The notes under the pieces: model-generated
Told to the model about the DNA's origin: nothing
What the model saw: only the letters and a program-made list of their open reading frames with translations
Databases searched by the model: none
Position numbers and translations under genes: made by a program
Assembly (NCBI GenBank): GCA_022508245.1
Contig: JAFLVO010000006.1
Location: forward strand, 847-64,846
Direction: 5' to 3'
DNA: 64,000 bases
DNA from: Clostridiales bacterium
Lineage (GTDB): Bacteria; Bacillota; Clostridia; Christensenellales; Borkfalkiaceae
Part shown: in pieces, positions 28,570-36,416 of the stretch
How the letters are laid out: the number at the start of each line of letters is the position of its first letter
Numbering within the stretch: position 1 is the first letter of the stretch

Positions 28570-28968
28570 TTACTCCGCTTTAGCTTCCGCTTCTACGGGC
28601 GCTTCGACTGCGGCTGCTTTCTTTGCGGGCGCCTTTTTAGCTGCAGGCTTTTTTGCCTCGCCTTCTGCGCCTATTGCCGTAATCTTAATCTGGGTGTAAG
28701 GCTGTCTGTGACCCTGCTTTTTCCTTTCGTTCTTCTTGGGCTTGTACTTAAATACAATAATCTTCTTGTCCTTGCCCTGCAGAACTACTTCTGCCTTTAC
28801 CTTTACACCTTCAACTTCCTTGCCGGTCTGAATGCTCTTTTCGTCTGCCGTCAAAATTACGGGGAATTCCACCGTTTCGCCGACTTTCGCGCTGAGCTTT
28901 TCAACCTTAACAAGGTCGCCTACGGCTACCTTGTACTGTTTGCCGCCGTTATCAAAAATTGCGTACAT
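28570..28968 (-). CDS. rplU: 50S ribosomal protein L21 with a K/A-rich C-terminal tail
   Basis: Start moved to ATG 28968 (MYAIFDNGGKQYKV), preceded by ggaggt. Tail AKKPAAKKAPAKKAAAVEAPVEAEAKAE. Confidence 0.93.
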   Translation of the reverse strand: MYAIFDNGGKQYKVAVGDLVKVEKLSAKVGETVEFPVILTADEKSIQTGKEVEGVKVKAEVVLQGKDKKIIVFKYKPKKNERKKQGHRQPYTQIKITAIGAEGEAKKPAAKKAPAKKAAAVEAPVEAEAKAE

Positions 28969-29086
28969 ATTTTTACCTCCTCTGACCGTCTCGCCGAAAA
29001 TCGCAGGCGGCGCAAAATTGCGCACTTAAAAAGCCCGTTTCGAGCGGCTCGTTAATAAATTTATCACAATAAGAAAATTTCGTCAA
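28969..29086 (-). promoter_or_regulatory. rplU promoter plus candidate L21-leader-like 5' UTR
   Basis: Minus strand has TTGACG (29086-29081), 17 nt, extended -10 TGaTAAATT (-10 at 29063-29058). The ~85-nt leader has several short hairpins. Assignment to the Rfam L21_leader is not verified. Confidence 0.4.
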
Positions 29087-29210
29087 GCGTTTTTACGCAG
29101 GTACGGAAAAATTTAGATTGCGGAAACGCTTGCGGTACGTCAAGCAAAATTAAGTTAATAAGAATATTTTTTATACTTCTGTACAAATTAGTGGTATAAC
29201 AAGGAGATTT

Positions 29211-29651
29211 ATGGAAGAGATTAAAAAAAGCAGCGAAATTCTCGCGGAAATTTACAGAAACGCACAGCTTGCACTCGTTTCCATTTCGGATATCCTGCCC
29301 GAGATTGAGGACGAAGGTATAAAGGAAGAAATTTTAAGAGAGCATGAAGAGTATGAAAGAATTTGCTCGGAGGCGGCGTCACTTGCGCGCAAGCTGAATA
29401 TAGAGTTAAAGGAACCCAGCCCCTTCAAAAAGGCTATGATGTGGAGTGCAATCAAAATGAACGCGGCAAGCGACAATTCCGCGCAAAATATCGCACAGAT
29501 GATGATTAAGGGCACCGTTCAGGGCATAACCTCGCTTAAAACCACTTTAACGGACGGCGGAGATTTAATCGACGAAGAAATTAAACAACTTCTATGCGAT
29601 TTAATAGAACTCGAAGAGAGCTTCGAGGAAAAACTAAAAACATTTCTTTAA
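29211..29651 (+). CDS. hypothetical acidic all-helical protein (146 aa)
   Basis: RBS aaggag. Helical heptad-like sequence. No family recognised. Confidence 0.6.
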   Translation: MEEIKKSSEILAEIYRNAQLALVSISDILPEIEDEGIKEEILREHEEYERICSEAASLARKLNIELKEPSPFKKAMMWSAIKMNAASDNSAQNIAQMMIKGTVQGITSLKTTLTDGGDLIDEEIKQLLCDLIELEESFEEKLKTFL

Positions 29652-29660
29652 TATAAGTTT

Positions 29661-29696
29661 GGGGCAAGCCGAAAAGGTTTGCCCTGTTTGTTTTTA
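29661..29696 (+). terminator. intrinsic terminator
   Basis: gggcaagcc gaaaa ggtttgccc, followed by tgtttgttttt. Confidence 0.75.
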
Positions 29697-29724
29697 AAAA
29701 AAATCAATTAAAACAGATTGTTTA

Positions 29725-29753
29725 TTGACAAGTCACTCGGGTTTATGTATAAT
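29725..29753 (+). promoter_or_regulatory. consensus sigma-A promoter
   Basis: TTGACA (29725-29730), 17 nt, TATAAT (29748-29753). Confidence 0.7.
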
Positions 29754-29784
29754 ATAGCCATATTTAAAAGGAGTAATTATATTT

Positions 29785-30216
29785 ATGAAATACGATTTCA
29801 AAGGCATAACCGCAGAGGAGCTTTCCTTCAAGCTCAACAGGGTAAGACTTAACCCCAACGATAAACTTGATATCAAGCCTCAATTTTCAAGACAGGTAAG
29901 AAAGGTAAACGGCAACGACAAGCTCAACTTTATTGCGCTTTCCGTAAAAATCGAAAGCACGGAGGCAGAGCCCAAGCCCTTTGATATCAACGTAACAATA
30001 GTCGGTATTTTCGAAGTGGAGGAGGTCGCAAACGACGCCGAGGAGAGGAAATTCGTTATAGAGGCAACCAAGCTTCTTTATCCCTATCTCCGTGCGACAG
30101 TCACAAACCTTACTGCAAGCGCGTATATTGCGCCCTTGAATCTGCCCATAATCACAACGCCCCTCTTCCCCGAAGACAGAGACCAATACGCTTTCTCGGT
30201 AGGTAACTTAAACTAA
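29785..30216 (+). CDS. SecB-like chaperone-fold protein
   Basis: Aligns by eye with E. coli SecB. FDINVTIVGIFEV matches the beta-sheet core. LLYPYLRATVTNLTASAYIAPLNLPII matches [27 protein letters not shown]. Confidence 0.65.
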   Translation: MKYDFKGITAEELSFKLNRVRLNPNDKLDIKPQFSRQVRKVNGNDKLNFIALSVKIESTEAEPKPFDINVTIVGIFEVEEVANDAEERKFVIEATKLLYPYLRATVTNLTASAYIAPLNLPIITTPLFPEDRDQYAFSVGNLN

Positions 30217-30228
30217 TCAATAACGCAT

Positions 30229-30256
30229 ACGCCCGCAATTCGTGCGGGCGTTTTTA
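30229..30256 (+). terminator. intrinsic terminator
   Basis: cgcccgca attcg tgcgggcg, followed by ttttt. Confidence 0.8.
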
Positions 30257-30295
30257 CTTATATAAGATTTTTTTTGCAAATTAACTTATTTTGTG

Positions 30296-30324
30296 TTGAC
30301 AAGCCCGTTTTCTTATGTTAGACT
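30296..30324 (+). promoter_or_regulatory. sigma-A promoter of rpmG-secE-nusG
   Basis: TTGACA (30296-30301), 17 nt, TGtTAGACT (-10 at 30319-30324). Confidence 0.6.
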
Positions 30325-30378
30325 TTAAAAGCACTCAAAATATGGGGGTGTAATTTTTTTGTACGGAGTTTTCCAAAC

Positions 30379-30546
30379 ATGGCAACCAAAGCACAGGTAA
30401 GAAATAAGATAACTTTCGAATGCACAGAGTGCAAACACCGCAATTACGACAGCTATAAGAATAAGCGCAACGACCCCGACAGGATCGTTCTTTCCAAATA
30501 CTGTCCTTTCTGCAAAAAGCACACCGAACACAAAGAAAGCAAATAA
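30379..30546 (+). CDS. rpmG: 50S ribosomal protein L33 (zinc-binding C+ form, 55 aa)
   Basis: Not in the ORF track because it is under 60 aa. [55 protein letters not shown]. Two CxxC pairs. Confidence 0.92.
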   Translation: MATKAQVRNKITFECTECKHRNYDSYKNKRNDPDRIVLSKYCPFCKKHTEHKESK

Positions 30547-30554
30547 TTTAAATA

Positions 30555-30725
30555 TATTAACGGCACAAACAAAAACCACGCTTTTTGTTTGTGCACCCAA
30601 TTTGCGGATGCTTCCGCTTCAGTGTAAGAGAATGCCCGCAATTTAATGTTTGTTTGCTCTTAACTATTGCGGGCAGAGAAACATAGTTTCTAAAAATCAC
30701 GAAAATTTACTTGCACAGAATAGCA
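30555..30725 (-). repeat. Rep-A structured intergenic repeat, copy A (inverted relative to the other copies)
   Basis: The reverse complement aligns with the copies at 35291 and 59758: ttttcgtgattttt-agaaactatgtttct-ctgcccgcaatagttaagagcaaaca...attgcgggcattc...ccgcaaattgggtgc-acaaacaaaaa gcgtgg tttttgtttgtgcc. Confidence 0.8.
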
Positions 30726-30752
30726 AGAAAATTTTGTGAATGAGGAGTTTAT

Positions 30753-30980
30753 ATGGCACAGAAAGTTAATAACGGTGCAAAGAAGCCCAATATTTTTGTA
30801 AGAATGGGCAGAAAACTTAAAGAAACATTTTCGGAGCTTAAAAGAGTAACCTGGCCCACGTTCCCTAAGGTTGTGCGCGGAACGTGCGTAGTTTTGGTTG
30901 TTGTTCTTGCGTTCCTTGTCGTAGTTACGGGAATCAACTACGGACTTCAGGCACTTTTAAACCTTGTTACGGGAGCGTAA
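30753..30980 (+). CDS. secE: preprotein translocase subunit SecE
   Basis: ELKRVTWPT motif plus a single C-terminal TM. Position rpmG-secE-nusG. Confidence 0.9.
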   Translation: MAQKVNNGAKKPNIFVRMGRKLKETFSELKRVTWPTFPKVVRGTCVVLVVVLAFLVVVTGINYGLQALLNLVTGA

Positions 30981-30983
30981 ACT

Positions 30984-31529
30984 ATGGCAACTATGGTAGC
31001 AGATCCCGAAAATCCCTGCTGGTATATCCTTCACACCTATTCGGGCTACGAATCGATGGTAAAGGACAGCTTGGAGAGGCTTATTGAAAACAACAATTTG
31101 CAGGACATGATTTTCGACGTCAAAATCCCCATGGAGCAGACGATTGAAGAGAAAAACGGCAAGCGCAAGGTGGTAGAGCGCAAGCTGTTGCCCTGCTATG
31201 TGTTCATAAAAATGATATATTCCAACCAGCTTTGGTATTGGGTAACCAATACGAGAGGCGTTACGGGCTTTGTAGGTCCTCAAGGCAGACCTATCCCCAT
31301 GAAAGAGGCGGAAATCCGCAAGATGCGCCTTGAAGATTACGTAATTGACGCAGACTTCAAGGTGGGCGACAAGGTAAGCGTAATTTCGGGCCCCTTGGAG
31401 GGCTTTGAAGGTGTCGTAACCGAATTAAATGACGCAGCGCAGAAGGCAAAGGTAAATATTCAGATGTTCGGCAGAAATACCGACGTCGAGGTAGAATATA
31501 TTCAGGTTAAAAAAATAGACGACAATTAA
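30984..31529 (+). CDS. nusG: transcription termination/antitermination factor NusG
   Basis: WYILHTYSGYE NGN start and a C-terminal KOW (GDKVSVISGPLEGFEGVV). Confidence 0.95.
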   Translation: MATMVADPENPCWYILHTYSGYESMVKDSLERLIENNNLQDMIFDVKIPMEQTIEEKNGKRKVVERKLLPCYVFIKMIYSNQLWYWVTNTRGVTGFVGPQGRPIPMKEAEIRKMRLEDYVIDADFKVGDKVSVISGPLEGFEGVVTELNDAAQKAKVNIQMFGRNTDVEVEYIQVKKIDDN

Positions 31530-31615
31530 ACCGCTTGGTTTTTTGTATATCGTGGGAGAACGTGTTAAATCTTTTTCATGGCACGTTTGCTTGACCACTC
31601 GGAGGTAATAAATTT

Positions 31616-32041
31616 ATGGCAAAGAAGATTACTGCGGTAGTTAAACTGCAACTTCCCGCCGGTAAAGCCACACCCGCACCCCCCGTAGGTTCTACGCTGG
31701 GTCCTCACGGAATTAACATTCCCGGCTTTACTAAGGAATTCAACGCAAAGACGGCTGCACAGGCAGGACTTATCATCCCCTGCGTTGTAACCATCTATCA
31801 GGACAGAAGTTTTACGTTTGTGCTTAAAACTCCGCCTACACCCGTGCTCATTAAAAAGGCGCTCGGCTTGGAGACTGCAAGCTCCCGTCCCAACAGGGAT
31901 AAGGTGGGCAAGCTGACCAAGGCTCAGGTAGAGGAAATAGCAAAGACGAAGATGCCCGACCTTAACTGCACAGACCTTGATGCAGCAAAGAGCATGGTCA
32001 AAGGAACAGCGCGCTCTATGGGCGTTACGGTAGAGGAGTAA
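31616..32041 (+). CDS. rplK: 50S ribosomal protein L11
   Basis: [25 protein letters not shown]. Confidence 0.97.
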   Translation: MAKKITAVVKLQLPAGKATPAPPVGSTLGPHGINIPGFTKEFNAKTAAQAGLIIPCVVTIYQDRSFTFVLKTPPTPVLIKKALGLETASSRPNRDKVGKLTKAQVEEIAKTKMPDLNCTDLDAAKSMVKGTARSMGVTVEE

Positions 32042-32053
32042 GGAGGGCGTATT

Positions 32054-32743
32054 ATGAAATTGGCTAAAAAATATGCAGAGAGCGTAAAGTTATACGACCG
32101 CTCCAAAACCTACGAACTTAACGATGCCATTAAGACCGTTTTAGATACGGCAAAGGCTAAATTCGACGAAACAATCGAGCTTCACGTTCGCTTGGGCGTA
32201 GACCCCCGTCAGGCAGACCAGCAGGTCCGTGGCGTTTTAGTCCTTCCCAACGGTACGGGTAAAACCAAGAGAGTTCTCGTTATCGCAAAGGGCGACAAGG
32301 CGGACGCGGCAGAGGCTGCAGGCGCAGATTACGTCGGCGCAGAAGAGACCATTCAGCGCATCCAGAAGGACAACTGGTTCGACTTCGACGTTATGATTAC
32401 CACTCCCGATATGATGGGTATGGTAGGTAGAATAGGTAGAATCCTCGGACCCAAGGGCTTGATGCCCAACCCCAAGTCGGGCACAGTTACCATGGACGTA
32501 GCGAAGGCCGTCAAGGAAGTTAAGGCAGGTAAAGTTGAATACCGTCTTGACAAAACGGCAATTATCCACGTTCCCATCGGCAAGAAGTCCTTCGGCGTTG
32601 ATAAGATTGCAGAAAACTTCAACGCACTTATGGACGCAATCGTAAAGGCTAAACCCGCAGCCGCAAAGGGACAGTACATTAAGTCAGTTACGCTTTGCGC
32701 AACTATGGGTCCCGGTGTGAAGGTTACCTACAACAAAGGCTAA
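32054..32743 (+). CDS. rplA: 50S ribosomal protein L1
   Basis: [24 protein letters not shown]. Confidence 0.97.
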   Translation: MKLAKKYAESVKLYDRSKTYELNDAIKTVLDTAKAKFDETIELHVRLGVDPRQADQQVRGVLVLPNGTGKTKRVLVIAKGDKADAAEAAGADYVGAEETIQRIQKDNWFDFDVMITTPDMMGMVGRIGRILGPKGLMPNPKSGTVTMDVAKAVKEVKAGKVEYRLDKTAIIHVPIGKKSFGVDKIAENFNALMDAIVKAKPAAAKGQYIKSVTLCATMGPGVKVTYNKG

Positions 32744-32749
32744 ATGTTA

Positions 32750-32930
32750 AAACGCATATAAACTGCGCAATACTTCGTTGTCTTTGCGTTTTTGCTTCGG
32801 TCATTTACTTCATTGTAAACTCCCTCGCAAAATCCGCAGACGCCTCGTCTTGCTTGTTTCTCTACGTTTTAGACGTGTGGAGAGAGTGTTGCTCGTTTCT
32901 CTGCGTTTTTGAAATTGTGCACTTAAAATC
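32750..32930 (+). repeat. Rep-B intergenic palindromic repeat, copy R3, with 2 right-arm sub-repeats
   Basis: gcgcaatacttcgttg...gcgtttttgcttcggtcatttac-ttcatt-gtaaactccctcgcaaaatccgc...cgtcttgcttgtttctctacgttttagac / gttgctcgtttctctgcgttttt. Confidence 0.8.
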
Positions 32931-32932
32931 GG

Positions 32933-32961
32933 TTGACAAACCCTTTCGGTGCAGTTATAAT
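32933..32961 (+). promoter_or_regulatory. consensus sigma-A promoter of rplJL
   Basis: TTGACA (32933-32938), 17 nt, TATAAT (32956-32961). Confidence 0.7.
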
Positions 32962-32967
32962 TCAATC

Positions 32968-33110
32968 GTAAATAAATTTTGCTACCCAAGACGGCGGGTG
33001 CGTTTTCGCTCAATATCCCACCCAGGTGCCAGGTTTGAATTTAGTAATTTAAAATAATTATGTAAATTCCTTGTGCCTTTTTGGGTGCAAGGAATTCTTA
33101 ATTTTATAAG
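32968..33110 (+). ncRNA. candidate L10 (rplJ) leader / attenuator
   Basis: Contains cccaagacggcgggtg, reminiscent of Firmicute L10 leaders. Has a 13-bp attenuator hairpin aattccttgtgcc/ggtgcaaggaatt (33065-33096), followed by cttaatttt just upstream of the rplJ RBS. Not verified against Rfam. Confidence 0.5.
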
Positions 33111-33121
33111 GAGGTAAAGAT

Positions 33122-33646
33122 TTGTCAGCAAATTTAGAAGCTAAAAAAGTAGTCGTAGCAGAAATTACGGAAAAGATTAAAGCTTCCAAGTCGGTTGTGC
33201 TTGTTGATTACAACAAATTGACCGTTAAAGAAGTTTCAGAGCTCCGCAATAAGTGCAAGCAGGCGAACTGCGAATACAAGGTCTATAAAAACACGCTTGT
33301 AAGAAAGGCTTTGAACGATTTGGGCTACAATCAGTTCGATAAAGACCTCAACGGCCCTACGGCAGTTACTTTCGGTGCAGACGAAACGGCAGCCGCAAAA
33401 GTTATGGTCGAAGCCGCTAAAACGTACGACCAGAAAATTCTTTTAAAGAGCGCGTTCGTAGATAACGGCTACGTGGACAAGGCGGGCGTCAAGGCGCTTG
33501 CCGCAATCCCTGCAAGGGAAGAGCTCGTTGCAAAGATGCTCGGCTCGCTCAATTCGCCCGCAACCAATCTCGCGGGAGTACTCAACAACGTTGTATCTGC
33601 GCTCGTACGTGTGCTTAACGCAGTTGCAACAAAGGAACAGGCTTAA
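33122..33646 (+). CDS. rplJ: 50S ribosomal protein L10 (TTG start)
   Basis: MSANLEAKKVVVAEITEKIKASKSVVLVDY. RBS aaggaggt. Confidence 0.95.
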   Translation: MSANLEAKKVVVAEITEKIKASKSVVLVDYNKLTVKEVSELRNKCKQANCEYKVYKNTLVRKALNDLGYNQFDKDLNGPTAVTFGADETAAAKVMVEAAKTYDQKILLKSAFVDNGYVDKAGVKALAAIPAREELVAKMLGSLNSPATNLAGVLNNVVSALVRVLNAVATKEQA

Positions 33647-33720
33647 AGCCCAAAAGGCGGGCGCAGCCTTATAGCGCAAAACAAATTTAAAAATAAAAAT
33701 AATTTAGGAGAATAAATAAA

Positions 33721-34101
33721 ATGGCAGATATCAAAAAGTTAATCGAAGAAATCAAAGGTTTGACCTTACTTGAAACCAGTGAGCTTGTAAAGGCTCTTGA
33801 AGAAGAATTCGGCGTAAGCGCAGCAGCTCCCGTAGCAGTTGCAGCAGCTCCCGCAGCAGGCGCAGCAGCTCCCGCAGCAGCAGTTGAAGAGAAGACCGAG
33901 TTCAACGTAGTTCTTAAAGACGCAGGCGCAAAGAAAATCGACGTTATCAAAGTTGTTCGTGCATTCACCGGCCTTGGACTTGTTGAGGCTAAGCAGGCAG
34001 TTGAGAAGGGCGGCGTGCTCAAAGAGAACGTTGCAAAGGAAGAGGCAGAGAAGATTGCCGCAGACCTCAAGGCAGCAGGCGCAACCGTCGTTTTAGAGTA
34101 A
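33721..34101 (+). CDS. rplL: 50S ribosomal protein L7/L12
   Basis: Ala-rich hinge plus [19 protein letters not shown]. Confidence 0.97.
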   Translation: MADIKKLIEEIKGLTLLETSELVKALEEEFGVSAAAPVAVAAAPAAGAAAPAAAVEEKTEFNVVLKDAGAKKIDVIKVVRAFTGLGLVEAKQAVEKGGVLKENVAKEEAEKIAADLKAAGATVVLE

Positions 34102-34116
34102 TTTTTGAAAAAAATC

Positions 34117-34149
34117 AAATTCCCGCAGGTCCCTGCGGGAATTTTTTGT
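34117..34149 (+). terminator. intrinsic terminator after rplL
   Basis: aaattcccgcagg tc cctgcgggaattt, followed by tttt. Confidence 0.85.
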
Positions 34150-34329
34150 TTGCGATAAGTAGTTTGCATTTTTTCGGATAAGTATGAAATTGCTCGCGCG
34201 CACCGCAAGCGTTTCCATATCTTATATTTTTTCGTTAACGCACAAAAACGCTTGACTTGGTAAAAATAACAAAGTAAAATAGTTTAGAGTATAGTTAAAC
34301 TGGAATAAAAGTCTTTTACGGATATAGAT

Positions 34330-35268
34330 ATGAAATTTGGAAAGATTAAAAAATTATTAACCTGTATAGCTCTTTCGGCGACCGTTGCGTGTATGGCGGC
34401 AACGGCGGCGGGTTGTTCTGCCGAAACCGACCATCCCGAGGTTAGCATAACCTATGAATTCAACGGTAAGGCGTACGTTATCGAGTACACCTTGTACAGA
34501 AATATGTACCCCAACACGGTGCGTCATTTCCTTGAGCTTACCGAAAACGGTTTTTATAACAATACCGTGATTCACGATATGGAGAGTAACGACTGGTTCG
34601 GCGGAGCGTACGAATACAACAAGGACGAGTATGCAAGCCTCACCGAGAACGGCAACGATGCTATGAAGGAGTACTACGAGACGTACAGCAAAGAGCAGGC
34701 ATATTACGACCTTTTCAATGCCGGCAAGCTTTCGACCACCGTCTACTCAAATATTGCGTATAATGGTCAGACCCAGATTTTAGACGCGAAGTACAAAATG
34801 GCTACGCTCATAGGCGAGTTTTCGGACAATCAGCATACCATAGAGAAGGGTGCGCTTACTGCCGAATACGGCTGCCTTAAAATGTATTACAGCAGCAAGA
34901 AGACTAAGGGCAAGGTATACGTTACCCCTGCAAGCGGCGGACATGTTTACAGCGATTATAGCAAAAACTGTGCAACCTATGTGTTCGGTATGCAGGTGGG
35001 AACGACTTCGACCTACGTGGCAAGCCAATACTGCGTATTTGCAAAAATCAAAAACGACGACGCATTGGAGAAATTTGTTGAAGCCGTTGAAGATTACAAC
35101 AACGACACATACGGCACCACCGTTTCCGAGCACTACACCCAGCCCGTAGTCGATGTTGACAAGATGGAGTCTTTCTCCGAAGAGGCTGCAGACAAGGGCA
35201 TTGAAGAGACCTTCCGTTCGCCCAAGACGGCAATCATTATAAAGAACGTTAAAATAGTAAAATATTGA
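34330..35268 (+). CDS. cyclophilin-type peptidyl-prolyl isomerase lipoprotein
   Basis: Lipobox AAGC (Cys29). Cyclophilin pattern YPNTVRHFLELTENGFYNNTVIHD. Promoter TTGACT-17-TAAAAT upstream (~34252-34280). Confidence 0.75.
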   Translation: MKFGKIKKLLTCIALSATVACMAATAAGCSAETDHPEVSITYEFNGKAYVIEYTLYRNMYPNTVRHFLELTENGFYNNTVIHDMESNDWFGGAYEYNKDEYASLTENGNDAMKEYYETYSKEQAYYDLFNAGKLSTTVYSNIAYNGQTQILDAKYKMATLIGEFSDNQHTIEKGALTAEYGCLKMYYSSKKTKGKVYVTPASGGHVYSDYSKNCATYVFGMQVGTTSTYVASQYCVFAKIKNDDALEKFVEAVEDYNNDTYGTTVSEHYTQPVVDVDKMESFSEEAADKGIEETFRSPKTAIIIKNVKIVKY

Positions 35269-35290
35269 TTATAGGTTCACAAAAATTCCT

Positions 35291-35470
35291 TACTATTCAG
35301 CGTAAAGAATTTTTCGTTATTTGAGAAACTATGTTTCTCTGCCCGCAATATTTAAGGGTAAACAATTATAGAATTTCTGGCATTCACTTCCGGTGTGCCG
35401 TAGGTATACGCAAATTGTGTGCGTGCCCCAAAAACATGGTTTTGGGGCACGCCGTTGATTATTTTAAAAG
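35291..35470 (+). repeat. Rep-A structured intergenic repeat, copy B (full length)
   Basis: ctattcagcg...ttttcgttattt-gagaaactatgtttctc-tgcccgcaatatttaagggtaaaca...ggcattc...atacgcaaattgtgtgcgt-gccccaaaa acatgg ttttggggcac-gccgt. Confidence 0.85.
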
Positions 35471-35537
35471 TTCACAAGTAGCTGCTAACTTTTGCTGCTG
35501 CAAGGCAGTAAAATACCACCACGTAAAATGAATATTT

Positions 35538-35568
35538 CGCGCCCGTCAAGGGGTGCGTTTTTGTTTTT
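35538..35568 (+). terminator. intrinsic terminator
   Basis: cgcgccc gtcaag gggtgcg, followed by tttttgttttt. Confidence 0.65.
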
Positions 35569-35634
35569 ACAGATTTTTACTTGATTTTTTACCGCTTTTA
35601 TTATAAAATAAAACAAAAGCATAAGAGGTGGAAT

Positions 35635-36288
35635 ATGAATTTACTTTTTACGTTTCCCGAGCCTGTGTCGTTTTTAAATAACGTCCCTTGGTGGGGATGG
35701 GCTTTAGCAGGCGGCATCTTACTGCTTATTATCATAATTATAATTGCGGCGGCGGTAAGCAAATCCAAAAAGAAGAAAAAGGCAAAGGAGAGCGCCTCTG
35801 TGCCCGTACAGGAGCAAGCTGTGGAAGACCGTCCTATTTCAGAACCTGTTGCAGAGGAAGTTCCCGAAGAACAGCCTCAACCCGTAGCGGAGGAAATTTC
35901 CGAGGAGCCCACACAAGAGGAAGCTCCCCAAGAGGAGAAAAAACCTGCAAACAAGACGCAAACGAAGAAGCAGCCCGTCGTAACTCCCGTTAAAAAGACG
36001 GCTACTGCTAAAAAGACCACAACGACCTCGACCGCAAAAAAACCCGCAACTCCCGCTAAAAAGACTGCGTCGGCAGCTGCCGACAAGCCTGCCTCCAAGG
36101 TTTATCATATTTCCAAGCGCAAGGAAGACAACAGATGGCAGATAAAGGCGGAGGGCGGCGCAAAGGCGATTAAGCTTTTCAATACCCAGAAAGAGGCTAT
36201 CGAATACTGCAAGACGCTTGCGGGCAATCAGGAAGCGCGCATTATGATTCACAAAGAGGACGGCTCTTTCAGAAAGCTTACATACTAA
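35635..36288 (+). CDS. membrane-anchored protein with a K/T/A/P-rich linker and a C-terminal DUF2188-like domain
   Basis: Start moved to ATG 35635 (RBS agaggtgg). N-terminal TM (WGWALAGGILLLIIIIIIAAAV). C-terminus YHISKRKEDNRWQIKAEGGAKAIKLFNTQKEAIEYCKTLA resembles DUF2188. Confidence 0.65.
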   Translation: MNLLFTFPEPVSFLNNVPWWGWALAGGILLLIIIIIIAAAVSKSKKKKKAKESASVPVQEQAVEDRPISEPVAEEVPEEQPQPVAEEISEEPTQEEAPQEEKKPANKTQTKKQPVVTPVKKTATAKKTTTTSTAKKPATPAKKTASAAADKPASKVYHISKRKEDNRWQIKAEGGAKAIKLFNTQKEAIEYCKTLAGNQEARIMIHKEDGSFRKLTY

Positions 36289-36416
36289 TTGAACCGAGTA
36301 ATTCAAAAATCTAACTATTGCAATAGCCGAAGGCAACTTCGGCTATACTATTGTTTGATAATAGCTTTAAAAGGTTATAAATTTTATATACAGCCGTAAT
36401 ATTCAGGAGTGTTAAT

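Noticed and set aside
30555-30725. Rep-A or Rep-B as a known self-cleaving ribozyme, riboswitch or tRNA-like element
   Set aside because: I looked for the hammerhead core (CUGAUGA...GAAA), twister-like conserved blocks and tRNA T-loop (GGTTCRANYC) signatures and found none. This is only an eyeball check, so a covariance-model scan is still needed.
35331-35531. Short ORFs inside the repeats (35331..35531, 32695..33057, 46238..46426, 30325..30600, 59613..59819)
   Set aside because: The copies of Rep-A and Rep-B differ by indels that break any common reading frame. What is conserved is base pairing, not codons.
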